From: Acidobacteriota bacterium
GTDB taxonomy: Bacteria > Acidobacteriota > UBA6911 > RPQK01 > JAJDTT01
Direction of reading: 5' to 3'
DNA: 64,000 nucleotides
Assembly: GCA_965209055.1 (NCBI GenBank)
Contig: OZ242374.1
Coordinates: forward strand, 192,001 to 256,000
The notes under the pieces are model-generated. The model was not told the origin of the DNA and searched no databases. It was given only the letters and a program-made list of their open reading frames with translations. Shown here in pieces: positions 37,416 through 47,127 of the stretch. The translations under genes and the position numbers were made by a program. Numbering within the stretch: position 1 is the first letter of the stretch; every line of letters begins with the position of its first letter.

Positions 37416-37662
37416 TTTTCCTATGCCCGACCTTGATTACAAATACGACAAGCTGTTTGTCCCTGATGGAGTAGAGGATACGGCAGACTCCGACTCGGAT
37501 TCGATATCGGGCACGTCCCGGGAGTTTTCTGCAGCCGGGAGGACGCGGGTCGTCCGCCAGACGGCGAATCCTGGTGACAACACGCCGCCGGTCCGTCTTG
37601 GAGGCGATGGCCTCGATCGCCTTGACCGCCGATGGCTTGATCAGAACATCAAATCCGGCCAC
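37402..37662 (-). CDS. relE: RelE/ParE-family toxin
   Basis: LADDPRPPGCRKL...YRIRVG..RILY...KVGHRKNV. Confidence 0.9.
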   Translation of the reverse strand: MAGFDVLIKPSAVKAIEAIASKTDRRRVVTRIRRLADDPRPPGCRKLPGRARYRIRVGVCRILYSIRDKQLVVFVIKVGHRKNVDH

Positions 37663-37882
37663 GCCGCTTCAAGTCTTTCACGACGGCTTCAAACGAGAGG
37701 TTTTTTTCGAGGGCTCTTTCCTCGAAGGCAGCGAGATCCTCTGCGTCTTCGGCCAAGGAGAGTCGGACAGCCTCGTTGACAAGGTCTGAGAGACTGCGCT
37801 CAGTTTCGATCGACTTGAGTCGCAGGGCATGGTGGATCGCGGACTCGAAATAGATGGTAGTCCTTCTCGATTCCCGGAGCAT
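37649..37882 (-). CDS. CopG-family antitoxin
   Basis: RTTIYF...HHALRLKS...SLSDLVNEAVR..LAEDAEDL; overlaps toxin start. Confidence 0.85.
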   Translation of the reverse strand: MLRESRRTTIYFESAIHHALRLKSIETERSLSDLVNEAVRLSLAEDAEDLAAFEERALEKNLSFEAVVKDLKRRGRI

Positions 37883-37888
37883 GGTGAC

Positions 37889-37924
37889 ATTGTGACGTTT
37901 TGACGTCTTTACATCAAGACGTCA
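37889..37924 (-). promoter_or_regulatory. Toxin-antitoxin promoter with operator palindrome
   Basis: Minus strand TTGATG-17bp-CACAAT; palindrome TGACGTCTT-N6-AAGACGTCA (37901-37924) over the -35. Confidence 0.6.
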
Positions 37925-37999
37925 CCATTTTGGTTGCCTGGAAGGGGGGACGGTCTTGTCGGCGGAAGAATCGGCGGCTGGAAACCGCCGCTCCCGGCG

Positions 38000-40900
38000 T
38001 TACGGACCCGCGGTGAAACGGCGGGTCTCCAAGGACTCTCCGTAGACCTCTTCCCCGGGACCGTATCCTCCTCCCACGGCGCCGGTTACGTATTGGTAGT
38101 CCAGGATGAAGGTCATGACGTCCGCCATTTCCTGTCGAGAGATGGTCTCCTCCAACCCCTCCGGCATCAGGGACTGCCCGGTGGCCCGGATCTCCTGGAT
38201 GTCCCTCCTCAGCAGCGTGTTCTGCAACTCCTCGCTCTCCACCAGGGTGATGCTGGCCGCCGTCTCCTGGGCCATGAGGCCGGTGTAGAGACGCCCCTTC
38301 CGGTCGGTCACCACGTAGTTGGTGAATTGAGGCTCCACCATCCGGTTCGGGTCCAGGATGCTGGTCAGGAGCGTCTCCCGGTCCTGGTAGCCCGCCACGA
38401 TGAGATTCGGCCCGACCACGTGCCGTGTGGTGCCCACCTGGTGGCACTTGATGCACTCGCGGCGGTAGACCTTCTCGCCGCGCACCCGGTCCCCCGGCAG
38501 CGTCAAGGCGGCCTCGTAGCTGGCCACCACCTCCTGCCGGTCGCCGGGCGCGGCAGATTCGAAGAGTGCCAGGGACCGGTCGCGGATCCCCCGGTCGTCG
38601 TGGTTCATCAGCAGGTCGCGGCGCTTGGCGTCAATCTGGTGGACCGGAACCTCCTCCGACTCGATGGCCTCCAGCAGGGAGCGGGTCCATTCCGGGCGGG
38701 AAAACACTCCCGACAAGACCCCGCCTCGAACCTTGGGCGTCTGCGCGCCCCACGACTCCAGAAGGAGCGGAGCGATCTCGGGGTCGTCATAGCCGGCCAG
38801 CGCCCCGATGGCGGCCAACTGCAGCGCCTGGGACTGCAAGGGGTCGATCAGTTTCGCCAGCGTCTCCCTGACCTCTCCCAGAGCGGCGTGCCGGAGCAGT
38901 CCGATGGCCGCCAGCCGTTTTTCTTCCGGTTGTTCCGCGTCGGCGGCTGCCGCAAGAGATCTCTCCAGGTGGTTGCGGATCATGCGGGCGGCTGCGGGGT
39001 GGAGATTCTTGAGCCCGGTGAACGTCCTTCCGTTGACGGCCAGTCCCTCGGCCAGGCTGGTGACGATGGCCAACTGCAGCTCCGGCCGGGAGGTCAGCGC
39101 CTCATGGGTGGCGGCTGCGCGGGTCAGGCGGCGGAGTTCCGAGGCGACGCCGCGGCCCCCCACGGTCCGGGCCAACGGAGGCAGCCACTGCCCCGCCAGC
39201 GGTTCCTGCTGGAACTCGTCCAATGCCACAAGCTCCGTGAAGAGACGGTCGGCCAGGCGGGTGCTGGAACTGAGCACCGAGTTGCGGATCCAGCGGTCTC
39301 CGCCGTCGGTGCGGGCGATCTTCAAAAGGGCCGGGAGAACCCGCCGGTCGCCGATCACTCCCAGAGCCAGAGCCACCCTCATTCGCACCCGGGGATTCTC
39401 GTCCCCGGCCAGCTCCAGGATCTTCCGAAAGAGCCGTCCGGAGCGCTTCATCCGGAGCTCCGCGTGCGGCACGGCGTGTTCCCGGACCCCGGGCGAGGAA
39501 TCGGACAACGCATTCGCCACGTCCGTGTTTCTGAGAGCGCCCAACCCGTGCAGCGACCAGAGGGCGTGCATCCGGGCCAGGGGGTGTTCGCTCTCGGTCA
39601 AGAGCCGCCGCAGCAGCGGCACCGCGGATTTGTCCTGACGCTCGTAGATGAGCCGGTGCGCCGTCTCCCGCCACCAGCCGCCGGGATGCTCCAGGTGTCC
39701 AACCAACTCCTGGATGCTCGCTTCTCCCAGCCGGGGCGCCGGCGGCACCTTGAAGTCCAGGGGCGCCACCCGGTAGATCCGTCCGTGTTCGGACCCTCGG
39801 GAGAAATCCAGATGTGCCAGGACCCGCTCCGGGACGTGGCCGTGCTCCACCAGCTCCCGGCACATGTCCAGCACGTAGAGGGTGCCGTCGGGGGCGTTGA
39901 CCGAGTTGATCGGGCGGAACCAGTTGTGGCTGGAACGGAGGAATTCCTTGCCCTCGGGTTCGCCTCGCACTCCCTTGAAGGTGACCCCGTCCGGTTCCAG
40001 AATCCGGCGATGCAGCAGATTGGCGGTGGCGGCTCCGGTGAAGATGTTGCCCCGGTATTCCTCCGGATAGGCGTGACCGGTGTAGGCCTTTACCCCCGCC
40101 CAGGCGGCGGCAAACTCCTGGTAGTTTTCCCGGCCGCCCTCCTCGACGCGGGTGATCCGTCCGGCGAAAATCCGCCGGGCTTCCCGAACCTTGCGCCATC
40201 GTTCGATGGGGCTGGCGCGGTAGATGGGGAGCCGTCCCTGGGTCAGCGGGTTGGTCTCCATGGAACCCGCGGTCAGGAACCCGTGGAGGTCGAAGAAGAG
40301 GTAGGGATTCCGCTCCAGGTATCCGTGCGGCATGACCACGTGCCGGCCGAAGGACCCCGCCCGGCAGACGTAGCGGTTGAACCACTCGTCGAAGGTGTAC
40401 CCGAACTGGAAGGTCTGGGTGGTGAGCTCCATCTCCAAGCTCACCGGACTGAACCGGAAGTCCCGGTTGTAGACGGAAACCGGCTCCGCGTCCGGCTGGC
40501 CGCCGGGGCGGATGTAGCCTCCGTTGCCGCCGGTGGAGGCGTAGATCTTGTGGTCCACGCCCCACATGATGTTGTTGACCATCTGCTGCTCGTTGGTGAC
40601 GCCGAACCCGGTGTAAATCTGCTTGCGGACATCGGCCCGGCCGTCGCCGTCCGTGTCCTTGAAATAGAGGATGTCCGGCGCCGCCGAGACGAAGAGCCCC
40701 CCTTTCCAGACCGCCACGCCGGTGGGCCAGACCAGCTTGTCGGCATACACCTGCGCCGTTTCGAAGGTGCCGTCGCCGTCCCGGTCCTCCAACATCCGGA
40801 TCCGGCCCGTGCCCTCCTCACCCGGCCGCGGCTGGCGCGGATAGCCGTAGAATTCGGCCACGAACATGCGGCCGTTTTCGTCGAAGGTGGCGGCCAGGGG

Positions 40901-41206
40901 TTCCACCACCTGAGGCTCGCGGGCCACCAGTTCCACGCGAAAGCCATCGGCCACCTCGAGGGCCTTCAGGGATTCGGCCGGATCCAGCGGCGGGATCGGT
41001 TTCAGGTATTCTCGGAGCTGGTCCGGATTTCTGGAGATGTCGGTGATCCGCCGCCACTCTTCCGTTTCCTCATCCGGTCCGCCGGCGCAGGCGAGAGGCA
41101 GAAGAAGAGCGGTCAGCAACAAAATCCCTCGGAGCCGGCTCCAGTGCTCGAATTGCCGAGGCCAGATCGCTGCCTGTTGGATGCGCGGAAACCAAGTTCG
41201 TCTCAT
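38000..41206 (-). CDS. PVC-type membrane-bound dehydrogenase-like protein with HEAT repeats and c-type heme
   Basis: LAC lipobox-like motif, GFRVELVAREP, DRDGDG repeats, GRIYR, CIKCH, VGPNL, SLMPEGLE; start uncertain. Confidence 0.88.
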   Translation of the reverse strand: MRRTWFPRIQQAAIWPRQFEHWSRLRGILLLTALLLPLACAGGPDEETEEWRRITDISRNPDQLREYLKPIPPLDPAESLKALEVADGFRVELVAREPQVVEPLAATFDENGRMFVAEFYGYPRQPRPGEEGTGRIRMLEDRDGDGTFETAQVYADKLVWPTGVAVWKGGLFVSAAPDILYFKDTDGDGRADVRKQIYTGFGVTNEQQMVNNIMWGVDHKIYASTGGNGGYIRPGGQPDAEPVSVYNRDFRFSPVSLEMELTTQTFQFGYTFDEWFNRYVCRAGSFGRHVVMPHGYLERNPYLFFDLHGFLTAGSMETNPLTQGRLPIYRASPIERWRKVREARRIFAGRITRVEEGGRENYQEFAAAWAGVKAYTGHAYPEEYRGNIFTGAATANLLHRRILEPDGVTFKGVRGEPEGKEFLRSSHNWFRPINSVNAPDGTLYVLDMCRELVEHGHVPERVLAHLDFSRGSEHGRIYRVAPLDFKVPPAPRLGEASIQELVGHLEHPGGWWRETAHRLIYERQDKSAVPLLRRLLTESEHPLARMHALWSLHGLGALRNTDVANALSDSSPGVREHAVPHAELRMKRSGRLFRKILELAGDENPRVRMRVALALGVIGDRRVLPALLKIARTDGGDRWIRNSVLSSSTRLADRLFTELVALDEFQQEPLAGQWLPPLARTVGGRGVASELRRLTRAAATHEALTSRPELQLAIVTSLAEGLAVNGRTFTGLKNLHPAAARMIRNHLERSLAAAADAEQPEEKRLAAIGLLRHAALGEVRETLAKLIDPLQSQALQLAAIGALAGYDDPEIAPLLLESWGAQTPKVRGGVLSGVFSRPEWTRSLLEAIESEEVPVHQIDAKRRDLLMNHDDRGIRDRSLALFESAAPGDRQEVVASYEAALTLPGDRVRGEKVYRRECIKCHQVGTTRHVVGPNLIVAGYQDRETLLTSILDPNRMVEPQFTNYVVTDRKGRLYTGLMAQETAASITLVESEELQNTLLRRDIQEIRATGQSLMPEGLEETISRQEMADVMTFILDYQYVTGAVGGGYGPGEEVYGESLETRRFTAGP

Positions 41207-41381
41207 GGCGATCATGATGCGCCGGATGGTCCGGGGCTGCAAGCGCGGCAGCGAGTCGTGAATCGATATCAGCCTCGAATGGGTCATCTCATTCGAAGCG
41301 GGCGCCCTGCCGGACTCCGGGCCATAATTGTTTTGGCAGGAGGAAACCGGTGGTTTCACCGTAGACCGGAGGAATCGAGAA

Positions 41382-41837
41382 ATGTCGGAACATCACGCGA
41401 CAGTGGAATGGGAAAGGGGCGCAGTCGAATTCGATTACCGGTCCTATTCCCGCGATCACACTTGGAAGTTCGAGGGTGGCGTTCGGGTCAGTGCGTCGTC
41501 GGCGCCCGAGTACCTGGGAAACGCGAACCTGGTCGATCCCGAAAAGGCATACGTTGCGGCGCTCGCGAGCTGTCACATGCTCACGTTTCTCGCGATTGCG
41601 GCTCGAAAGCGGCTGGTCGTGGATCGCTACCGGGATGCGGCGGTGGGGTTCCTGGAGAAGAACGCGGATGGAAAGTTGGCCGTGACCCGCGTGGTCCTGC
41701 GTCCCGAGGTCTCATTCGGTTCCGGGCCGCCATCGCCCGAAGGACTGGAGAAGATCCACGAACTTGCACACAAGGAGTGTTTCATCGCCAACTCCGTCCG
41801 CACTTCGGTCACGGTCGACGCCGGCCGGGGGAGCTGA
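41382..41837 (+). CDS. OsmC-family protein
   Basis: YSRDHTW, DPEKAYVAALASCHMLTFL, AHKECFIANSV. Confidence 0.9.
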   Translation: MSEHHATVEWERGAVEFDYRSYSRDHTWKFEGGVRVSASSAPEYLGNANLVDPEKAYVAALASCHMLTFLAIAARKRLVVDRYRDAAVGFLEKNADGKLAVTRVVLRPEVSFGSGPPSPEGLEKIHELAHKECFIANSVRTSVTVDAGRGS

Positions 41838-41855
41838 CCGAGCCAAGGACGGCGT

Positions 41856-44204
41856 CTACAAGACGCTCGGCTTGGCCATGCCGTAGCCGATTTGGCGTTC
41901 GGTGAAGATGTAGGAGGGCTTTGCGGCATCATCGCCCAGCTTGCGGCGGAGATTCTTGACGATAGAGCGGATCGGCCGGAGATCCCCGGAGCGCCGCTGT
42001 CCCCACACGTGGCGGAACAAGGAATCGTACGTTACGACACCTCCCGCGTTGACCGAGAGCAACCGAAGCATCTCGTATTCGGTGGCCGTCAGCCTCAACT
42101 GGCGATCGGCCAGGGTCACCCGGCGTTCCTCGTAGTCGATGATCAGGTCCGCCAGCCGGAACGGCGCCTGCGGCTCGTCGTTTCGGCGCAAGGCCGCCCG
42201 GACTCTCGCCACCAGTTCCGTCCGCGAGAAGGGCTTGACGATGTAATCGGCGGCCCCGATGTCGAGGGCCCGGGCGATGGTCTCGTCCCTTCCGTAACCG
42301 GAGATGAAGATGACCGGGCGATCGGCCAACTCGGGAACGGACTCCATAAGCTCGATGCCATCGGTTCCGGGCAGCATCAAATCCAGCAGGACCAACTGGG
42401 GCCTCGCCGTCCTGATCAAGTCGGGCACCTCCCGCGGATCCCCCGTCACGTGCGAGGAATAACCGGCCGCCGCGAGCGTGTCTCGCACATACCGGAGCAT
42501 TTGCGGATCGTCGTCCACGACCAGGATGGACGCCGGCTCCCGGCCCGCGCGGGACGGACGGGAAACTCCCCGGCCGGACCGGGGCGCGTCGCCGGCCGCG
42601 GGTTCTTCCGCCACTGGAATCGTGAAGGTAAACCGCGAACCCAGCCCTACGCCGTCACTCTCGGCCTGGATCCGTCCCCCGTGAGCCTCCACCAGGCCCT
42701 TGCAGATGGCCAGCCCCAGACCGGATCCCCGGATCCCGCCGTCCCCCAGACGCACATGCTTCCGGAACAGGTGCGGCAGCAGGTCCGGCGGCACCCCCCG
42801 GCCTTCGTCCGAGACCGAAATCGCCACATGAACACCGTTCTGTACCGCTCCGATCCGGATGGGGGAGGACTCGGGCGAGTACCGGGCGGCATTGGACAAG
42901 AGGTTGTTCAGGATCTGGACGATGCGCTGCCGGTCGGCCATCACCTGGGGCAGGTCCAGGGGCAGGTCGATGTGGACGGTATGCCGGCCGCCGCCGCTCA
43001 AGAAGGTGCCCCTGGCCTTGTCCACGAGTCTGGCCATGTCCGAAGGTTCGGGGGAGACCGACAGCGTGCCCGTCTCGATATGCCCGGCATCCAGCAGGTC
43101 GCTGATCACTCCGAGCATGTGATCGGCCTGTTCGTCGATGATGCGGAAGAACTGGCGCGTCTCGGCCGGGGGCAACGTGGCGCCGAGCACGGCGGCGGCG
43201 GACCCCTTGATCGAGGTCAGCGGGGCCCGCAACTCGTGGCTTACCAAGCCCAGAAACTCCGCTCGCAATCGCTCTGTCTCCTTCAGCGACTCCAGGTCCT
43301 GCAGGGTGACCACCATGGACTCGATGGTGCCGTCCTCGGCCCGGATCGGCGTCGCGTTGACCAATGCCGTGAGGCTTCGGCCATCGGGGACATGGAGGAC
43401 GATCTCCTCGGCCCGGATCGGAGCGGTGTCGCTCAGCGTCTGCGCCAGTGGGAGTTTCTCCAGGGAAACCTCCTGCCCGTCGGCGCGCCGGCACTTGATG
43501 ATCTCCAGCAGTTGGTCGAATGGACAGCCCGGCGTGCGCAGGCCCTCCACAAGCCGCTTTGCCTCCCGATTGAATGAGACCGGCTTTATCGATTTGGCGT
43601 CGAAGACCACGACACCCACCGGTGAGGTGTTGATCAGGGCCTCCAGGTCGGCCCTGGCCCGCTGCTCGTCCCGGTAGGTTCGGGCGTTGGCGATGGCCAC
43701 TGCCGCCTGGGATGCGAACAGCACGAGTATCTCTTCGTCCTCGCTCGTAAATTTCCGTCTGCCTTTTCCCCCGATGAGGAAGAAGTTGCCGACATGGACG
43801 CCGCGATGGCGTATCGGGGTGCCCTGGACGGCCTTCGCCCACGGAAGCAAGTCGAAGGAAAAGCCCAGCGTACGGACAAAGGCGGTCGCGTCTCGCATCC
43901 TCACCGCTCCCGGGAGGTTCCGAAAGTACTCGAAGAGCCGCAGTCCGTCGGACCATTCCGACAACTTGCGATGTTCGTCCGAAGTCAAGCCGGAAGAGAC
44001 GAAGTCCTCGATCTGCCCCGAGTCGTCGACGGTCGCGATCAAGCCGCAGTCAGCTCCCGTCAACTCCCGGGCGCCTTGCACAATTTCGCGCAGCACGGTG
44101 TCGACATCGAGGCTTGCAGTGATGCGAACGCTGGCCGCGGTGAGCTGGGAGATGTTGTTCCGCAGCCGTTCTATCTCTTGTCTGAGTTCCTCGGGATTCC
44201 TCAA
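41856..44204 (-). CDS. Hybrid sensor kinase-response regulator: GAF-PAS-HisKA-HATPase-REC-OmpR wHTH
   Basis: FASQAAVAIANA (GAF), VSHELRAPLTSIKG, GSGLGLAICK, VVDDD...LLDLMLPG...KPF, LTATEYEML...NLRRKLGD...IGY. Confidence 0.9.
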   Translation of the reverse strand: MRNPEELRQEIERLRNNISQLTAASVRITASLDVDTVLREIVQGARELTGADCGLIATVDDSGQIEDFVSSGLTSDEHRKLSEWSDGLRLFEYFRNLPGAVRMRDATAFVRTLGFSFDLLPWAKAVQGTPIRHRGVHVGNFFLIGGKGRRKFTSEDEEILVLFASQAAVAIANARTYRDEQRARADLEALINTSPVGVVVFDAKSIKPVSFNREAKRLVEGLRTPGCPFDQLLEIIKCRRADGQEVSLEKLPLAQTLSDTAPIRAEEIVLHVPDGRSLTALVNATPIRAEDGTIESMVVTLQDLESLKETERLRAEFLGLVSHELRAPLTSIKGSAAAVLGATLPPAETRQFFRIIDEQADHMLGVISDLLDAGHIETGTLSVSPEPSDMARLVDKARGTFLSGGGRHTVHIDLPLDLPQVMADRQRIVQILNNLLSNAARYSPESSPIRIGAVQNGVHVAISVSDEGRGVPPDLLPHLFRKHVRLGDGGIRGSGLGLAICKGLVEAHGGRIQAESDGVGLGSRFTFTIPVAEEPAAGDAPRSGRGVSRPSRAGREPASILVVDDDPQMLRYVRDTLAAAGYSSHVTGDPREVPDLIRTARPQLVLLDLMLPGTDGIELMESVPELADRPVIFISGYGRDETIARALDIGAADYIVKPFSRTELVARVRAALRRNDEPQAPFRLADLIIDYEERRVTLADRQLRLTATEYEMLRLLSVNAGGVVTYDSLFRHVWGQRRSGDLRPIRSIVKNLRRKLGDDAAKPSYIFTERQIGYGMAKPSVL

Positions 44205-44331
44205 TTGCCAAACCTCACCGAATCAAAAAGCGAGACCCGATTCAGCGGTGGCAATCGTCGGCTTGGAGCAGGAAGCGGGCTCAAGAAGTATCGGGCCTCA
44301 TCAGCACTCAATATATCCCCATGCCGAAAGA

Positions 44332-44392
44332 AGTCACCATATATTCACCAAATAATCACCAGAATCGATGCTGATCTCACCCTGAAATCACT
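44332..44392. promoter_or_regulatory. TCAC direct-repeat array upstream of the hybrid kinase
   Basis: TCAC at 44334, 44345, 44356, 44377, 44388 (spacing 11-11-21-11). Confidence 0.6.
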
Positions 44393-44540
44393 CTTGGTTT
44401 CTGAATTCGCTTGCGACCTGCCGTTCCTCAGGTTGGGTGTTCGGCCACGATTGACCCTATAGTCCGTGGTGAGGCCCCGACGCCTCCGGGTCGGGCGAAG
44501 TCTTCCAGGATCTCCCGGCCTCGCTGTGCGCTTCGCGTTC

Positions 44541-45059
44541 TCACCCGAGGGCCGTGTTGCAGTTCTCATCCCCGATGGATAAGAAAGCGGACGCATGTTC
44601 GATCCGCGTTCCTTGCAGGCCGCCCCCGGAAAGAGCGAGGCCCATCAGGCCCGGCCCGGCGTATCGGCACGACATGCCCAGCACAGCCTCCCGGCTGAAC
44701 CCGAAGCGCCGGTAATAGGAAGGATCGCCAAGCACGACGACTGCCTCCCAGCCCTCCGTCCTTGCCCGTACAAGTCCGTCCTCGATCATCCTGGCGGCAA
44801 TTCCCCGGCGGCGGCGGTTCGCCGCTACGGCGACCGGCGCCAGGGAAAGCGCTCCATCCGGTGCGCGCAGTCGAGAGAATAGGGCATGGCCGATGACTTC
44901 CGACGCCGCCACGGCGACCAGCGAGAACATGACATCGCCATCCCTGCGGAGTTGCTCGACGAGCCTGGCTTCCCAGGACGTGGGGAAAGCCGCCAGCAGA
45001 AGCCTTGCGATGCCCTCCCGGTCGCCGTCCGTTTCAGGCCGGATGAGAAAATCGGTCAT
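44541..45059 (-). CDS. GNAT N-acetyltransferase (YhbS-like)
   Basis: LAPVAV...RRRGIA, VLGDPSYYRRFGF. Confidence 0.88.
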   Translation of the reverse strand: MTDFLIRPETDGDREGIARLLLAAFPTSWEARLVEQLRRDGDVMFSLVAVAASEVIGHALFSRLRAPDGALSLAPVAVAANRRRRGIAARMIEDGLVRARTEGWEAVVVLGDPSYYRRFGFSREAVLGMSCRYAGPGLMGLALSGGGLQGTRIEHASAFLSIGDENCNTALG

Positions 45060-45117
45060 GGCGCTGGATTTGTTGCGGTCGGAGAGAGAAGGTGACCGTC
45101 CCCTTTTCCCGCTCGCT

Positions 45118-46212
45118 TCAGGCCGTTTCCGGGCCGATCCGTTTTCCGGTCGCGGCATCGAAGAAAAAGAGGTGTTCCGGGATAACGGAAACGGAAATGA
45201 TCTCGCCGACCCGGATCGAGGAATCGGGAGGCGCGGCGACGCTAAGCCGCTGTCCTCCGTTGGCAGAGCCGTAGATGAATTTCTGGCCTCCCCGGTTTTC
45301 CACCAACTCGGTCCGCAGCCGGATGTGCCCGGTGGGGGAGATTCGCGCCGCCTCGGGACGGAAGCCAAGGACGACGGGCATGTTCTCTTCACGGGCCGGC
45401 TGGCACTGGTTCAGGTGGGGCAGGGTCACGGAGAACTCACCCCGAAAGTGCCAGGCGCCGTCTTCATGCAACAGATCCGCGGGGAAGAGATTCATGGGCG
45501 GGGAGCCTACGAACCCGGCCACGAACAGGTTTGCGGGTCTGCCGTAAATCTCCTCCGGCGTCCCCGTCTGCTGCAGCGTCCCGTCCTTCATCACGGCGAT
45601 GACGTCCGCCAGCATCATTGCCTCCACCTGGTCGTGGGTGACCAGGATGAAGGTGCCGTTCAATTGCCTTTGCAGCTTCAAGAGCTCGACTCGGGTCTCG
45701 GTCCGAAGCTGCGCATCCAGGTTGGACAGTGGTTCGTCCAGCAGGAACACCGCCGGCTCGCGCACGATGGCCCGGCCCAGCGCCACCCGTTGCTTCTGGC
45801 CCCCGGAAAGCTGGCTCGGGTAGCGTTCCAACAACTCTTCCAATCCCAGGAGCCGGGCCGCGGTCCGGACCCGGTCCCGGATCTCGGCGGCGGGTACGCG
45901 GCGCATCTTCAAGCCGAATCCCATGTTTTGAGCGACGCTCATGTGGGGGTAGAGGGCATAGGACTGGAACACCATGGCCAGATCCCGCTTTTGGGGAGGG
46001 AGGTGGTTGACGACCTCGCCGCCGATGAGAATCTCGCCCTGGTCCGGTTCCTCCAGCCCCGCGATGAGGCGCAGCGTCGTGGATTTTCCGCAGCCGGAAG
46101 GCCCCAGGAGGACCGCGAACTGCCCGTGCTCCACTTGCAGCGTCAGGTCCGACACCGCAAGTACGTTTCCCGAGAAGGTCTTGGTGACCCCCTTCAGTCC
46201 GACGTCAGCCAA
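45118..46212 (-). CDS. Sugar-type ABC transporter ATP-binding subunit (MalK/UgpC-like)
   Basis: GPSGCGKST, VFQSYALYPH, LSGGQKQR, LLDEPLSNLD. Confidence 0.95.
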   Translation of the reverse strand: MADVGLKGVTKTFSGNVLAVSDLTLQVEHGQFAVLLGPSGCGKSTTLRLIAGLEEPDQGEILIGGEVVNHLPPQKRDLAMVFQSYALYPHMSVAQNMGFGLKMRRVPAAEIRDRVRTAARLLGLEELLERYPSQLSGGQKQRVALGRAIVREPAVFLLDEPLSNLDAQLRTETRVELLKLQRQLNGTFILVTHDQVEAMMLADVIAVMKDGTLQQTGTPEEIYGRPANLFVAGFVGSPPMNLFPADLLHEDGAWHFRGEFSVTLPHLNQCQPAREENMPVVLGFRPEAARISPTGHIRLRTELVENRGGQKFIYGSANGGQRLSVAAPPDSSIRVGEIISVSVIPEHLFFFDAATGKRIGPETA

Positions 46213-46227
46213 GGGTCGAGCCCTCCT

Positions 46228-47127
46228 TCATCCCTTCACTCCCGACCTCAGGAATCCCGACACCAGGTAACGCTGAAAGAACCCGAAGAGGAGGACGCTG
46301 GGAAGACTGACGATGGAGGATGCGGCCATCAGTTGGGCCCAGGTCGACTCGCCCAGGAACCGCCCGGTGAAGTAGGCGTGCACACCCACCGGGGCAGTAT
46401 ACGCCGCGGCTTCGTCCATGATCACCAGGGCGAACAGGAAGTCGTTCCAGGAAAGGATGAAGGCATAGGAACCTGCGGCCAGCAGACCCGGGATCGACAA
46501 GGGGAGGACGATGTGCCGGAGGACCTGAAGCAGGTTGGCTCCATCCACGTACCCCGCCTCCTCCAGGTCGGGGGGAATGGACCGGTAGAAGTCGCGCAGG
46601 ACCCAGGTCGCGAAGGGGATGGTGAAGGTGGCGTGGACCAGGATCAGGCCGGCGTAGGAGTTGTTCAGGTCCAGTTTCACCAGGATCAGAAAAAGCGGCA
46701 CCACGATGATGATCGACGGCACGGCGTAGCTGATCATGCTGAACCACTGCACGGCAGCCTTGCCGCGAAAAGCGAGACGGCTCAGGGCGAAGGCCGCCGG
46801 CGCCGAGACCAACAGCGACAACACGGTTGTCGAAGCCGCCACCAGCAGGCTGTTCCCCACCCAACTGAAGAGATCGGTTCGGCCCAGAGCCAGGCGATAG
46901 CTGGAGAGGTCCAGGCTTCGCGGCAGGGCATCCCGTAAATCCAACGTCAGGAAGTTTTGGGGGTCCCGGAATGACGAGAGAACGATCCAGAGGAACGGGA
47001 AGAGGATCGCCAGAGTCGCGGCCAGCGCCAGGAGCGCCAACATTCGGGACCGCCGCCGTGCGGAGGTGGTGGGTGTGATCGGGCGTCCGGCATCCGAGTC
47101 GAAGACTTTTCGGGGAACCGTGCCCAT
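46228..47127 (-). CDS. Carbohydrate ABC permease
   Basis: IPPDLEEAGYVDGA (EAA loop), SWNDFLFA. Confidence 0.92.
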   Translation of the reverse strand: MGTVPRKVFDSDAGRPITPTTSARRRSRMLALLALAATLAILFPFLWIVLSSFRDPQNFLTLDLRDALPRSLDLSSYRLALGRTDLFSWVGNSLLVAASTTVLSLLVSAPAAFALSRLAFRGKAAVQWFSMISYAVPSIIIVVPLFLILVKLDLNNSYAGLILVHATFTIPFATWVLRDFYRSIPPDLEEAGYVDGANLLQVLRHIVLPLSIPGLLAAGSYAFILSWNDFLFALVIMDEAAAYTAPVGVHAYFTGRFLGESTWAQLMAASSIVSLPSVLLFGFFQRYLVSGFLRSGVKG

